Shown one piece after another: positions 20,465 to 29,968 of a DNA stretch of 64,000 nt (the first letter of the stretch is position 1; each line of letters opens with the position of its first letter). Source of the stretch: a virus (lineage: Duplodnaviria > Caudoviricetes). The notes beneath the pieces were generated by a model that had not been told where the DNA came from, ran no database searches, and was given only the letters and a program-made list of their open reading frames with translations. The position numbers were made by a program, and so were the translations under genes. The stretch lies in the IMG/VR virus record IMGVR_UViG_3300037484_000235, positions 64,001-128,000 of that record; one strand, given 5' to 3'.

Positions 20465-20626
20465 TCAACTTTTCCAGAAAGGATCCATGGCCGCATAGTC
20501 TGCCGCCTTCTTCGCGGCTCGTGCCCGGCACATCTTCAAGTCCTTGCAGAGGATGCGCGCACCCACATAGAACTTGACCTTGCGGGCATCGAAGTGGGTG
20601 TACCCACACAGGTAGCAGCGGTTCAT
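20465..20626 (-). CDS. small Cys-rich protein MNRCYLCG... (53 aa, not in ORF track)
   Basis: hand-translated; ATGA overlap with the methyltransferase stop. Confidence 0.5.
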   Translation of the reverse strand: MNRCYLCGYTHFDARKVKFYVGARILCKDLKMCRARAAKKAADYAAMDPFWKS

Positions 20627-21249
20627 CGACGGCTCCGCGCCCAGGGGTCCCTCTTCTCACGAGCCTTATGGTACTCGCACTGAGAACGAGACCAGCTACC
20701 CTTCCAGTTTGCACGACGTCCAAACCGACGGCTGAGGGTCTTCATCTCCGCGAGATTGTCAGTGCAAATGTTATCCCAAATGTCGAACCAAGCCGTGTCC
20801 CACTTCTCCCCCTTGGGTGGGGTCCACGAGAGAATGTCCGCCTGGATGATCGTGACCCGGCCCGGGAACTTCTCCGTGAGCCAAGGGCCCGTCAGTGCGA
20901 TCACATCGCTCGAAAGCTCGATGATCGTGACGTGGGTGACCTCTGGCTTGTTGAGCATCGCCTGAGCAACCATGCCGATTCCGAGTCCCGCCACGAGACA
21001 GCGACCCCGGGCCTGACGGATGGCTTCCCGGTGGTCTCGAATCTCGTCCGGAGTATCACTCATGACCGTGGTGCCACCCCGCGAGAGCATCGTGTAGGTG
21101 CCCTCCGGCACCCCACGCCCGCCCCCACCGAAGACAGCCCGAAGGCGTTCCATCTCTGCGTCCTTGGGGGAAACGGTGAAGCGCTGGATGCTCCACGGAC
21201 CGGACTTGCCTTCCGGAACGTCGACTTGGTATCTGCTTGCTGTGTTCAT
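20623..21249 (-). CDS. class I SAM-dependent methyltransferase (spermidine-synthase-like fold)
   Basis: LVAGLGIGM; VTIIE.S.DVI; IIQADI; WD..WFDIW. Confidence 0.8.
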   Translation of the reverse strand: MNTASRYQVDVPEGKSGPWSIQRFTVSPKDAEMERLRAVFGGGGRGVPEGTYTMLSRGGTTVMSDTPDEIRDHREAIRQARGRCLVAGLGIGMVAQAMLNKPEVTHVTIIELSSDVIALTGPWLTEKFPGRVTIIQADILSWTPPKGEKWDTAWFDIWDNICTDNLAEMKTLSRRFGRRANWKGSWSRSQCEYHKAREKRDPWARSRR

Positions 21250-21287
21250 TGGTCTTCCTCACTTTTGAAACGAATGGGACCCCAAGG

Positions 21288-21323
21288 TTTACACGATCGG
21301 GCGTAACAATCGGATCGTGTAAA
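21288..21323. promoter_or_regulatory. divergent pair of GATCGTGTAAA motifs (11-bp inverted repeat)
   Basis: TTTACACGATC...GATCGTGTAAA, each about 40 nt upstream of a divergent start. Confidence 0.65.
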
Positions 21324-21362
21324 TGGTGGAGGGTCACTCGTTATACTAGTGAGAAATCGACC

Positions 21363-21641
21363 ATGGACCCCAAGAACACCGCCAAGCATGAATCCCAGCA
21401 CGCCAAGCAGATTGCTCTTCGTGAGCTGAAGGCTGCGAAGAACATACTCGGCACGGGCTGGAACCACGTCTCGGATGACGTTCGGTGGGGCCTTCTCTGT
21501 GCTGGCATCCTGGGCGTGATCGTCGGGCAGCATGCCATCGACAATGAAAATGCAACTCCCGGAGAGCTTGCTGCTGTGGCCATCTACGCGCACGAGCTTT
21601 GGAAGGCTGCCTACACCATTCGCGAAAACGGGTGGCGGTGA
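21363..21641 (+). CDS. hypothetical protein
   Basis: ATG 21363 after promoter motif. Confidence 0.6.
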   Translation: MDPKNTAKHESQHAKQIALRELKAAKNILGTGWNHVSDDVRWGLLCAGILGVIVGQHAIDNENATPGELAAVAIYAHELWKAAYTIRENGWR

Positions 21642-22078
21642 TGAGCCGCTTTGGGGAAGTCCGACGGAGTCATTACGCGGACGCTAGCGGGAAGCCCGTG
21701 TGTGCACCTGTCTTAGAGGGTCCCCACGCATGCGTTTCAGACCCGGTGTTGGTGAACTGCGCCCACTGCAAGCGTTGGCTGAAGGGGTACAAGGGTCCGG
21801 GGTGCATTGCAACCGTCGAGTCCGATGAGGGAGTCCCCAGCTACAGCATGCAGCGCATTCGAGTCACCCGTGCGAAGCGCTGTGACCGGAAGGCCACCAA
21901 GAAGATCGGTCACCTGGACCTGTGCACGGTCCACGCGAGAATGGCGCGTGAGGGATTCGTAGACGAGTTGGGCGGGGTGTCCTCGTCCAGTGACATCGCA
22001 AATGCCCGGAAGTACCCCAGGAATTTCCCCGGTGGGTTCAACAACTGGCACACCAAGTACCCGGAAAAGGACGACTGA
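21641..22078 (+). CDS. hypothetical Cys-rich protein
   Basis: ATG overlaps upstream TGA. Confidence 0.6.
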   Translation: MSRFGEVRRSHYADASGKPVCAPVLEGPHACVSDPVLVNCAHCKRWLKGYKGPGCIATVESDEGVPSYSMQRIRVTRAKRCDRKATKKIGHLDLCTVHARMAREGFVDELGGVSSSSDIANARKYPRNFPGGFNNWHTKYPEKDD

Positions 22079-22450
22079 ATGGCCAAGACCAAGATCTACA
22101 CCGTCCGCAAGCTGAATCCACAACTTCTGGCACTTGCCGTCGAAGCGTACCGCCTCGCCGTCCAGTACGACCGTAGAAACGAACTCAAGTGGGAGACCCG
22201 TGGTGCCGAACTGCGAAAGGCAGACGAGTTCTCGCGCGTGCGGTGCGCGTGGGAGAACTCGTCTTTCTTGGGTGAGCGGATAGTGGCCAGGGCTTCGGAC
22301 GTGCTCCTGGCCATCGTTCGAGCTGACCGGATCCTGCCGGGACAGAATCCGTTTGATCTCCAGTTCTTCGACAAGAGCAAAGACAGAGACTTCCTGCGTG
22401 CACGCAAGGCTGTCGACGCGACCGTTTTAGCCTTCGGAGGGTTGCGATGA
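22079..22450 (+). CDS. hypothetical protein
   Basis: adjacent ORF in string. Confidence 0.6.
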   Translation: MAKTKIYTVRKLNPQLLALAVEAYRLAVQYDRRNELKWETRGAELRKADEFSRVRCAWENSSFLGERIVARASDVLLAIVRADRILPGQNPFDLQFFDKSKDRDFLRARKAVDATVLAFGGLR

Positions 22451-22767
22451 GTGGTTGCCTCTGGTGTGACGATCCTACCGAAGGCCACAAGCTCTGCGAA
22501 CCCTGCCGGGCAGTCAATGAGCACCCCCCGTTTCACTGCCACAAGCCCCAGCATGCCGTGCCAACTCTAGGACCGTCTTGTGCCCAGTGTGACTCGGAGA
22601 AGGCCCGGGAAGAGGCTCGTAGAGAGCGGAACGCACCCATGATAGCTCAGCTTCTCCAGATTCGAGCGGGTCTGATCCAGGACTGGAACAAGCCGTGGCC
22701 CGGGATGAACTTCGCGAAGGGAATGCTTGGTCAAAGCATCGACGCGGTTCTGGCTGAACTGAGTTAG
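22447..22767 (+). CDS. hypothetical Zn-finger protein
   Basis: three CxxC/CxC pairs; ATGA overlap. Confidence 0.6.
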   Translation: MSGCLWCDDPTEGHKLCEPCRAVNEHPPFHCHKPQHAVPTLGPSCAQCDSEKAREEARRERNAPMIAQLLQIRAGLIQDWNKPWPGMNFAKGMLGQSIDAVLAELS

Positions 22768-22985
22768 GCTTTGACGACGCCTGTTGTGACCATCCACCAA
22801 TGAAACGCAAGAGCCTGACGGGAAGGGAGCAAGACTCTCATTTCCGTCGAGCGCTTGTTGCCTGAGGTGCGAAACGCGAGGACAACAAGCTCTTTTCTGT
22901 TTGGGTCAAAGTTAGTGGTCTCTGTTGGCGTGTCCATGTTCATGGACACGTTACGCTTATCGGCTGGTGGAATCCAGTGCGACAT
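22764..22985 (-). CDS. hypothetical protein
   Basis: 73-aa ORF. Confidence 0.45.
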   Translation of the reverse strand: MSHWIPPADKRNVSMNMDTPTETTNFDPNRKELVVLAFRTSGNKRSTEMRVLLPSRQALAFHWWMVTTGVVKA

Positions 22986-23138
22986 ATCACCTAGGGTAAC
23001 CTAGGATCTGCCGCAGCGCTAGTGGTGCCTCATCTGTTGTCACGCGTATTGGCCACCACCCATGATACATTTGGATGTTGTGATGAACAACACCCCCTCG
23101 GTGAGGCCCATCGATGCTGGCACCTTCTGGTGTTACGG

Positions 23139-23321
23139 TCAGTCCTCGTCTTCTGGTTCCATCGCCAGGTTTTTCTTCCACCATCCTGGACGCCCATTGT
23201 CTCTGAGCCTGCCACACGCCTCGTCCAACATGCCTACAGAACCGTGCTCCCATTGGCGGACCACCTCTGCGGCGTCTTCCAGAAGGGACTCGTAATTGGC
23301 CTTCAAGTTGTCGCTGGTCAC
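23139..23321 (-). CDS. hypothetical protein
   Basis: GTG start overlapping upstream stop. Confidence 0.5.
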   Translation of the reverse strand: MTSDNLKANYESLLEDAAEVVRQWEHGSVGMLDEACGRLRDNGRPGWWKKNLAMEPEDED

Positions 23322-23764
23322 GGATCCTCGCTAAGCAAGAGAGATTCCATAGCCTCATCCATAGCCTTATCGAAAGCCATCTCGTAACGCCTGTGGATTA
23401 CTAAGTCCTCAGCATCCATCTCTGCAAGCGTGTCTACACCACCATCCAACAGCGTACCGACAAGAGAGTCTATGGTAGTCTTGATTTCCTCAAGGGTTAA
23501 TGCTGTTTTAACGGTGGACACTGGAGAGCTTGTACCATGTTTTGCTTCCCACTCCAAGACGTATCCCAGACACTTGGGGCAGTTGGGGCGCCTCTTGGTG
23601 AGCCCCCGCTTGAAGTTCGCCCAGATTGTGCAGAGTGTCCACGCACCCCCATCTAGAAGTGAGGGGGGTGGTGAAAACTGACCTTGTATCAGGTGCCAAA
23701 CGTCCCCAACAAGGACGCAGTGGTACCCATCGCTGAAGAGCTTCTTCGGTGGGTCAGTAGCCAT
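23318..23764 (-). CDS. hypothetical protein
   Basis: ATG 23764. Confidence 0.55.
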   Translation of the reverse strand: MATDPPKKLFSDGYHCVLVGDVWHLIQGQFSPPPSLLDGGAWTLCTIWANFKRGLTKRRPNCPKCLGYVLEWEAKHGTSSPVSTVKTALTLEEIKTTIDSLVGTLLDGGVDTLAEMDAEDLVIHRRYEMAFDKAMDEAMESLLLSEDP

Positions 23765-23936
23765 CTTTGAACCATCCCCCACCCCTGAGAACGAATGACG
23801 GGGCCCCTGAGATCAGGCGGCGCACCTCTCCCTTGCACCCCTTCTTCCGGCACTTCTTCAGCGGGGGGTCTGAGATTTTCTGGTCTGCCTCAAAGGTCTT
23901 TTTGCACTTCGAGCACGCATAATCATAGAGAGGCAC
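23754..23936 (-). CDS. FmdB-family zinc-ribbon protein
   Basis: PLYDYAC.KC...FE..QKISDPPL..C...C.G.V.RLIS...F.L.G.GWF.DGY. Confidence 0.85.
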   Translation of the reverse strand: MPLYDYACSKCKKTFEADQKISDPPLKKCRKKGCKGEVRRLISGAPSFVLRGGGWFKDGY

Positions 23937-24216
23937 TAGTTCGCTCCGCCTTATCCACCCACCAGCGAATGTTCTGTTCGGCCTCAACCCTAGAAACACT
24001 CCTAGCACACCACGGCAGTGAGAGCTGGGAGTCTTCCGGAAGGCTCTTGCCCCGAGTGGCATCTACCACCAAAGCGTGAATCCCGTCGTGTGGGTCTTGG
24101 GACCACTCGCTCGGATGATCCTCCGCCCAGTACTCAGCATCCTTTGAGCTTTTCGCGACTACAAAAACCCGATAGTTGATCTCGACTTCGTAGAGCTTGT
24201 GGCCGTTGTCTTCCAT
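23923..24216 (-). CDS. hypothetical protein
   Basis: ATG 24216. Confidence 0.55.
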   Translation of the reverse strand: MEDNGHKLYEVEINYRVFVVAKSSKDAEYWAEDHPSEWSQDPHDGIHALVVDATRGKSLPEDSQLSLPWCARSVSRVEAEQNIRWWVDKAERTSASL

Positions 24217-24230
24217 TTGGACCCCAGCTC

Positions 24231-24515
24231 TCAGTTCAGGTTCTCGATGCGAACGGACTCTACCGCTTCCTGAACGCACTTCTCCAGATACTCAATGGCG
24301 CCGATCTCAGGCCAACCGCCTTCAAGAGCACGGTGCATACTTGCAGTGTAGTTCACTCGTCCATCCCACTTTTGACCACGAATCTGGTCCTTCATGTAAG
24401 CAACTAGCTTCTCACGTTCCTCAAAGCCAATGCTCACGTCAAGAAGCTTTCTCTTCTGACCGAGTTTCTGAGTCCTAAGCTTGAGCTTTCCGTCTTCAAT
24501 GTAGGCGTAGAGCAT
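24231..24515 (-). CDS. hypothetical protein
   Basis: 94-aa ORF. Confidence 0.55.
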   Translation of the reverse strand: MLYAYIEDGKLKLRTQKLGQKRKLLDVSIGFEEREKLVAYMKDQIRGQKWDGRVNYTASMHRALEGGWPEIGAIEYLEKCVQEAVESVRIENLN

Positions 24516-24589
24516 GGTGCGTCAACCTCCCATACACTGTGCGGGGTATGCCACCATCATCGCGGGACACGGCCGAAAGTTGCTTTTCA

Positions 24590-25420
24590 TCAGATGGCAA
24601 TTGGGAAGGAAATCGCCGGATGGGGGTCATACCCCACGAGCTTGGAATCGTCGTGCTTCCATAGAAAGATGGAGTTCGACGGCGCTACTGTCTCCAATGT
24701 CGGGAGCTGAAGCGATTCCCTAGAGAGCTGTTCTACAGCCCCCTCCATCTGATTGACGTAGATATGGGTGTCAGCCAGGAAGCCAATGAGCTTCCCCTCT
24801 AAAAGGCCACAGTGTCTCGCGATGAGGTGCAGCAAAAGAGCATACGACGCGATGTTGAACGGTAGGCCAAGCATGGTGTCGACAGATCGCTGAGACCACA
24901 GCAGGTCCAGTTTTCCATTGTTCACCAGAAGCTGGAACGCGAAGTGACATGGTGGTAGGGCCATTGCCGGTATGTCCGTTGGATTCCATGCAGAACAGAT
25001 GAGCCTGCGGTTCTTCGGATCGTCCTGGCAAAGGCGCAGGATGTTTGCAAGCTGGTCAATCCCGTTGAAGCTGCGCCACTGTGCACCATAAATGGGGCCC
25101 AGGTCTGGTTCGTTGCGCATCGCAAGGAAGGACTCCGAAGAGTGACCGTAAGGCACTTTGGCGGGGGAGCACCACTCGTCCCAGATGGTACACTTGCGCT
25201 CCTGATACCATCTCTTGTCTGTGACCCCGTTGATGAAACCCTCAAGCTCAACTTTTACGGATCGGAACGGGACCCTCTTCGTAGTCAACAGGGGGAATCC
25301 GTTCCCCATGTCGTGCTCAAAGAGAACCCCAGACAGCGAGCGGGTGTCAACCCCCGTGCGGTTGGGTTTTAGTTGCCCCTCACGGATGATGCGCCGCACT
25401 ATGGTCTGATAGGAATGCAT
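24590..25420 (-). CDS. thyA: thymidylate synthase
   Basis: RTGVDT; FPLLTTK; DLGPIYGAQWR; MALPPCH; QRSVD..LGLPFNIASY; DTHIY. Confidence 0.97.
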   Translation of the reverse strand: MHSYQTIVRRIIREGQLKPNRTGVDTRSLSGVLFEHDMGNGFPLLTTKRVPFRSVKVELEGFINGVTDKRWYQERKCTIWDEWCSPAKVPYGHSSESFLAMRNEPDLGPIYGAQWRSFNGIDQLANILRLCQDDPKNRRLICSAWNPTDIPAMALPPCHFAFQLLVNNGKLDLLWSQRSVDTMLGLPFNIASYALLLHLIARHCGLLEGKLIGFLADTHIYVNQMEGAVEQLSRESLQLPTLETVAPSNSIFLWKHDDSKLVGYDPHPAISFPIAI

Positions 25421-25439
25421 GATCCTCTGTATTTCTCTC

Positions 25440-25943
25440 TTATAACTTCAAACCCATCGCACGCATCTTGAGGAGTGCCTCAGCATTCCCCCGGGCATCA
25501 TCCAGAGGGTCATGCGTGTGCTTGGTTCCTCGAAGGTGCTTAAAGTTCTGACGGGTGTCATTCACCATCCCCTTGTAGAGGGATCCAAGATTTGTTGAGC
25601 TGAAACCAAATGGGCAGTGCCCCAAGAAGTGGTGAAAGTACCAGCAGACAAATTGCCAGTCAAATCCATTGTTGTCCGAGATGAACATCGGTCGGGGGAT
25701 TGTGGAGAGCCACTGGGAGAATGCCTCCATCCCATCTGTGGCAAATGGGAACTCAAGCGTCTCTTCCCTGGAATGTCCGCTGATGGCTAGTGCCTCGGGA
25801 ATCCACCTTTCGGAGATTGGTCGGAACCGAGCGGCAAAGGTCCGGTTGAGACCAGGCTCCACTACGATGGCCCCAAGGGAAATCATAGAGAAGTCCCCGG
25901 GGATCGGCCCATCGGTTTCCACGTCCACCATAACGTACGTCAT
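25440..25943 (-). CDS. DEDDh 3'-5' exonuclease
   Basis: VDVETDGP; DNNGFDWQF; HTHDPLDDA. Confidence 0.85.
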   Translation of the reverse strand: MTYVMVDVETDGPIPGDFSMISLGAIVVEPGLNRTFAARFRPISERWIPEALAISGHSREETLEFPFATDGMEAFSQWLSTIPRPMFISDNNGFDWQFVCWYFHHFLGHCPFGFSSTNLGSLYKGMVNDTRQNFKHLRGTKHTHDPLDDARGNAEALLKMRAMGLKL

Positions 25944-26134
25944 GGTGCCACCCACAGGTCGTGTGCCATTGCGTTAGCCCCACAGCGGGAACAGCTTGCA
26001 CTGTCCGAAAGGTCAGTCGATTGGGTAGGTCCATCCCAGACGTGCTCGCATGTACCCTCCGGGCACTTGCACTGGCAAGTTCTTGAAGATGGCCCACAGA
26101 AGAACAATGAAATGGCAGACTCAGTGGTGTTCAC
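25940..26134 (-). CDS. small Cys-rich protein
   Basis: GTG 26134; C.C.C...C.H.W and CSRCG. Confidence 0.5.
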   Translation of the reverse strand: MNTTESAISLFFCGPSSRTCQCKCPEGTCEHVWDGPTQSTDLSDSASCSRCGANAMAHDLWVAP

Positions 26135-26388
26135 TTGCGGCCTTTTTTCTCTGTGATGATAGTGATTGGAACCACCGTCTCGCACTCGATCTCACGGATG
26201 ATCCGACCAAGAGCCCGTCGAAGTTCCTTGGCATCCTCAACAGAGATGTGGGCGACCCCAGTTTTCTCATTGGATGAAGCCAGAATCTTGACCAACCCCT
26301 TACCATTTCCTGAATGGCCGATTTCCGCAATACCCTCTTGCCAGGCAGATACTATCCTCACAGACCACCTCCGCGCTCGGTCCTTCAC
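26131..26388 (-). CDS. hypothetical protein
   Basis: 85-aa ORF, overlapping start/stop. Confidence 0.55.
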   Translation of the reverse strand: MKDRARRWSVRIVSAWQEGIAEIGHSGNGKGLVKILASSNEKTGVAHISVEDAKELRRALGRIIREIECETVVPITIITEKKGRK

Positions 26389-27005
26389 TTGGACCCACCT
26401 GTCAGGGAGTCACCTGTGTGGAACAACGGCCAGCGAGATTCCCACCCGTAGTGATTGGACACCACCCGGTAGGCGTCCTTGAAGAGGATCACAAGCTCAG
26501 AGATTCTCGTGTCCATCTGAGGGCCCTCTGCGGCCAAGACGACTTCAAGCGCTGCATCTGAGTAGCCACGGATGGCCTTGAGACCCCATTTTGGTGGAGC
26601 GAGGAACAGGTCGAGGACATTTGATGTCTTGTCGGCGATCTTGATCGCCTGACCCTCGATGCCCATGCTTCGCATCTTGCCGAGCTGGAAGATGTGCTTC
26701 GCTTCCCGGTCTTTCTTGACGTCATCCGGAAGTGTGAGGTCGTGGACCAGCCCCGCTACGTGGACACCGAACTTGGTGTTGATCTGTTCGATTGTGACTC
26801 TGGTGTCCTCTACTGTGTCGTGTAGAAGAGCGGCAATCAATGTGCTCGGGTCATTGAATCCAGCCTGGGAGACCCGACTGGATACATCGAAGCAGTGATT
26901 GACGTATGGGGTCCGAATCTCCCCACCACGGACCTGATCGAGGTGTGCGTTTGTTGCGAACTTCACAGCTTCCATGAGCTGTGGTACTAGGATTTCTGGT
27001 TTCAT
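26385..27005 (-). CDS. HD-domain protein, SpoT/Mesh1-like (p)ppGpp hydrolase
   Basis: FA..AH..Q.R....PY..H; AALLHD.VED; IK.ADK..N. Confidence 0.85.
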   Translation of the reverse strand: MKPEILVPQLMEAVKFATNAHLDQVRGGEIRTPYVNHCFDVSSRVSQAGFNDPSTLIAALLHDTVEDTRVTIEQINTKFGVHVAGLVHDLTLPDDVKKDREAKHIFQLGKMRSMGIEGQAIKIADKTSNVLDLFLAPPKWGLKAIRGYSDAALEVVLAAEGPQMDTRISELVILFKDAYRVVSNHYGWESRWPLFHTGDSLTGGSK

Positions 27006-27016
27006 TTTGGAACCAC

Positions 27017-27304
27017 TTACGCCTTTTTGCCGGACTCCAAGTAAATCTCCGCCAGAGTCTTATTGGGCAGGGTGGGGTCTTGGATATCCCGTGCGAGCAT
27101 GTCTAGCTCGGCTGCGAACTTCTTGCGATTGGCACCGCGCATCAGATCCGCTAGGGTACTGACCATCCCTGCGCAACGGTTGCGTTCCGTCCTTTGGGCT
27201 TCTCGAACAAGGTCTTCATCCCGGGGGTCTAGGCGCTTGAGGTTCATCACATTGGCCCGCTCTTTCTGAACTGATCTTCGCAACACCACGTTCCGGTCGC
27301 CCAT
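27017..27304 (-). CDS. hypothetical protein
   Basis: 95-aa ORF. Confidence 0.55.
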   Translation of the reverse strand: MGDRNVVLRRSVQKERANVMNLKRLDPRDEDLVREAQRTERNRCAGMVSTLADLMRGANRKKFAAELDMLARDIQDPTLPNKTLAEIYLESGKKA

Positions 27305-27630
27305 TCAGTAAGGGGGAGAATTCGCCCCTGACAGAACGGGCAGGGCTTTACGATCCTGAGACCAGAGCTGGCTAGATCCAGAGTGGCCTGCACCTTGGCC
27401 GTCACGAGTCCGTACCACTCTCCGCCAGGTAGAGCGTTGCAAGCGGGGCAGAGGATGTCCCCGTGGTCCAAGTCAATCTTGAAGTCAGGGGCAGGTACAA
27501 TCACCCGACGGAATTCAAATGGGGCACCACCACATTTGGGATGCGAAAGATGTGGGTCGAAGACGCTGAGCCAGTGCCACACCCGATCGAAACCACGTGC
27601 CGCGAATCGCTTCTCTGGTTTGTCGCTCAT
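27247..27630 (-). CDS. hypothetical Zn-binding protein
   Basis: ATG 27630; CxxC pairs. Confidence 0.5.
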   Translation of the reverse strand: MSDKPEKRFAARGFDRVWHWLSVFDPHLSHPKCGGAPFEFRRVIVPAPDFKIDLDHGDILCPACNALPGGEWYGLVTAKVQATLDLASSGLRIVKPCPFCQGRILPLTEWATGTWCCEDQFRKSGPM

Positions 27631-27635
27631 GATAC

Positions 27636-27863
27636 TCAACTCTCTTGAAAGACACCCAGATTGGTCACGGGCTGGCAGGTTGCACTGCATGTCAGGCACC
27701 ACATTCCCTTCCGTACGTAGTCCCCAACCAACATTGCACAAAGATCCTTGGATACACGGTACCTACCCGTGGAAATGTGTCCGATGTGACCGCATTCAAG
27801 AGTCACGCGGATCTCACGGGGAGCTTTCTTTCTGGTTGCCACGCCGCCCCTAACCCTCTTCAT
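27636..27863 (-). CDS. hypothetical protein
   Basis: ATG 27863; LECGH and CLTC. Confidence 0.45.
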   Translation of the reverse strand: MKRVRGGVATRKKAPREIRVTLECGHIGHISTGRYRVSKDLCAMLVGDYVRKGMWCLTCSATCQPVTNLGVFQES

Positions 27864-28035
27864 TGGCGAGGAAGCGGACTGCAACCCGCGACACGCGACG
27901 GGTCTCACGAGCGTTGGCCTTCTTGGCATCCGACTTACGCCCCCGCACACAGCAAGAGCAGTTGAGCCCACCGGGTCCGTGCACCGAGTGTGTGTGGCAG
28001 ACACGACGAACACTACTACGGAGAGGGAGATACAT
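27850..28035 (-). CDS. small basic Cys/His protein
   Basis: ATG 28035. Confidence 0.4.
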   Translation of the reverse strand: MYLPLRSSVRRVCHTHSVHGPGGLNCSCCVRGRKSDAKKANARETRRVSRVAVRFLANEEG

Positions 28036-28046
28036 TTGCAGTCCTT

Positions 28047-28337
28047 TCAGTTCCACTCCAGAAGGATCCAGATTCCTCCCTGACGAAGGTCTACGACTCG
28101 CGAGAAGTAGTACAGGTTACCCGATCGAATGACCCAGTCGTGCCCGAAGTCTTCGAGGAACGCTGTATGAAGGTGGATCGGCATGAAGGGGAGAGTGGGG
28201 GACTTGCTTTCATCCGTAAAGAACTGGAGCGTCCAGACTCGGTTTGGGCGTCCGGGAAGAGTCGGCCCACCAGCGAAGGGCACATGTCCTCGCGCAGTTT
28301 CACTCTTGGGCATCCAGACCAGTTCTTGACGGGGCAT
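28047..28337 (-). CDS. hypothetical protein
   Basis: ATG with GAGG SD. Confidence 0.5.
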   Translation of the reverse strand: MPRQELVWMPKSETARGHVPFAGGPTLPGRPNRVWTLQFFTDESKSPTLPFMPIHLHTAFLEDFGHDWVIRSGNLYYFSRVVDLRQGGIWILLEWN

Positions 28338-28562
28338 GACGTGTTCCTCTTGGTGCCGGGTCAGGGAATTGAACCCTCAGATTTTAACCTGCCCCCAACC
28401 CTTGCGGGCCACCGCCTGGTGCTTCGAGGGGGTACCGACGTTGTGCTCTCTACACCCTAGTAACGGCAGGTAGGAGGATCATTACACGGTTCCCAGTCGA
28501 TTTTTCACTCGACGAATCGTGTAAAGAACCTTCCACCATACGTTACACAGGCGAGGATGCAC

Positions 28563-29348
28563 ATGACCACCAATGCAAAGTCGGTTCTGGTAGCGGGATG
28601 CCTGGCGGAGATGGTTGAGGACGCTGGGGGTTCCCCTCGCTTCATCAGCTTCGCAACCCGCCTTTCGGGGGAAGTCCGTGGCTCGGGGGCCAACCGGATG
28701 CGTCGTGGAGATCACGTCATGGAATACACGCTCCTGACGGGATTTAGCTACATGAACATGGTCCGGAGGTCCGCACGCATGTTGCAAGAAGCCCTGCTCA
28801 GCCCATACTTTGTGGGCGAGGTGGTTGCCCTTCTGGCAGAGACCGTCGATGAACAGACCGGAGAGCCCATCAACGACACCGACGTACTGGACGCCATCTT
28901 TGGTACTGAACGGGGGCGCAAGGGTTTGCTTACGGCCTACAGTGAAACCCTGGCTGAGTCCAACACCTCCAGCAACGACCACGTTTACGAGCCCCTCATG
29001 GTGGATGGGGAGGAAGTCTCTGGGTGCAAGGTCTACACGGGCGAGGGTGACCCCACGGACCCGAAGGCGCCGGTTCCGGGCACCATGTACCTGAAGGGTG
29101 TCGAGATCTCCAGCCGGTGCGTCGAGAAGAGCCCCAATGGGGACAAGATCCTGAGCAAGCGGGGCGCCGTGGCCCTCGCCAAGGACTTCATCGAAGCCCG
29201 TCTCGCTCTTCCTGCAAGCACCTACCGCACGTTCCGCCTGTTGCCTGGAGAGGCCCTGAGCCTCAAGTGCGGTGGGGTCTCTCTCCACGCCGCAGAGGGT
29301 GAAGAGGCGCAGCCGGGGGCTGCTCGGATCGGGACGTTGATCGCCTGA
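28563..29348 (+). CDS. hypothetical protein
   Basis: 261 aa with strong codon bias; CGTGTAAA motif upstream. Confidence 0.75.
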   Translation: MTTNAKSVLVAGCLAEMVEDAGGSPRFISFATRLSGEVRGSGANRMRRGDHVMEYTLLTGFSYMNMVRRSARMLQEALLSPYFVGEVVALLAETVDEQTGEPINDTDVLDAIFGTERGRKGLLTAYSETLAESNTSSNDHVYEPLMVDGEEVSGCKVYTGEGDPTDPKAPVPGTMYLKGVEISSRCVEKSPNGDKILSKRGAVALAKDFIEARLALPASTYRTFRLLPGEALSLKCGGVSLHAAEGEEAQPGAARIGTLIA

Positions 29349-29411
29349 CCGCGCATTTTGGTCTATATCTTCGGGTCTACGTCAGGAAATTTCTCCCTGC
29401 ACAGGCCCATC

Positions 29412-29966
29412 ATGAGTAATCCACGACAAGCCATCAATCTCCCGAAAGACGTAGAACGCTACGTCGAAGAGGGAAAAGACCAGGGTCTTACCGAAGACGT
29501 GGCCTGGCCAGTTGCTTGGAGTAGGTACTGCAAAAAGAATCCTGGCAGTGACCACTGCCACAAGTCCAAGGATGAGTATTTTCCTGGGCGAAAGGCTGAG
29601 GACGTGAGTTTAGCAAAGCGTGTGGCACAGCGGTATGCAACGCTCCAGAGCAACTCTGTTGTGGGTAGTCCAATTCGCCAGAGGATCAACTCTGAACTCA
29701 TCCGAGAGGGGATGGACGGTAACACCCGGTTCAAGTCTCCCGGAATGGCGTTGGCGAAAATCAACAGTGTGCTCCAGAAATTCAAGATTGAGTGGGATGA
29801 AGTCATCGATTCTTGGCGATTAAAGCAATCCAAAGGTCAAATGATGGTGACCTTGGCTACGCAGACAGCAGACCCTTTCTCCCCTGTTTCAATCGAGAAC
29901 ACAGCACTGTCGTTCCACTGGGACACACTTGAGTCTGGCATTGAAGTCATTGCCTATCTAGGATGA
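29412..29966 (+). CDS. putative virion protein with RVAQRY motif
   Basis: ATG 29412; motif shared with other cargo-like ORFs. Confidence 0.6.
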   Translation: MSNPRQAINLPKDVERYVEEGKDQGLTEDVAWPVAWSRYCKKNPGSDHCHKSKDEYFPGRKAEDVSLAKRVAQRYATLQSNSVVGSPIRQRINSELIREGMDGNTRFKSPGMALAKINSVLQKFKIEWDEVIDSWRLKQSKGQMMVTLATQTADPFSPVSIENTALSFHWDTLESGIEVIAYLG

Positions 29967-29968
29967 TC

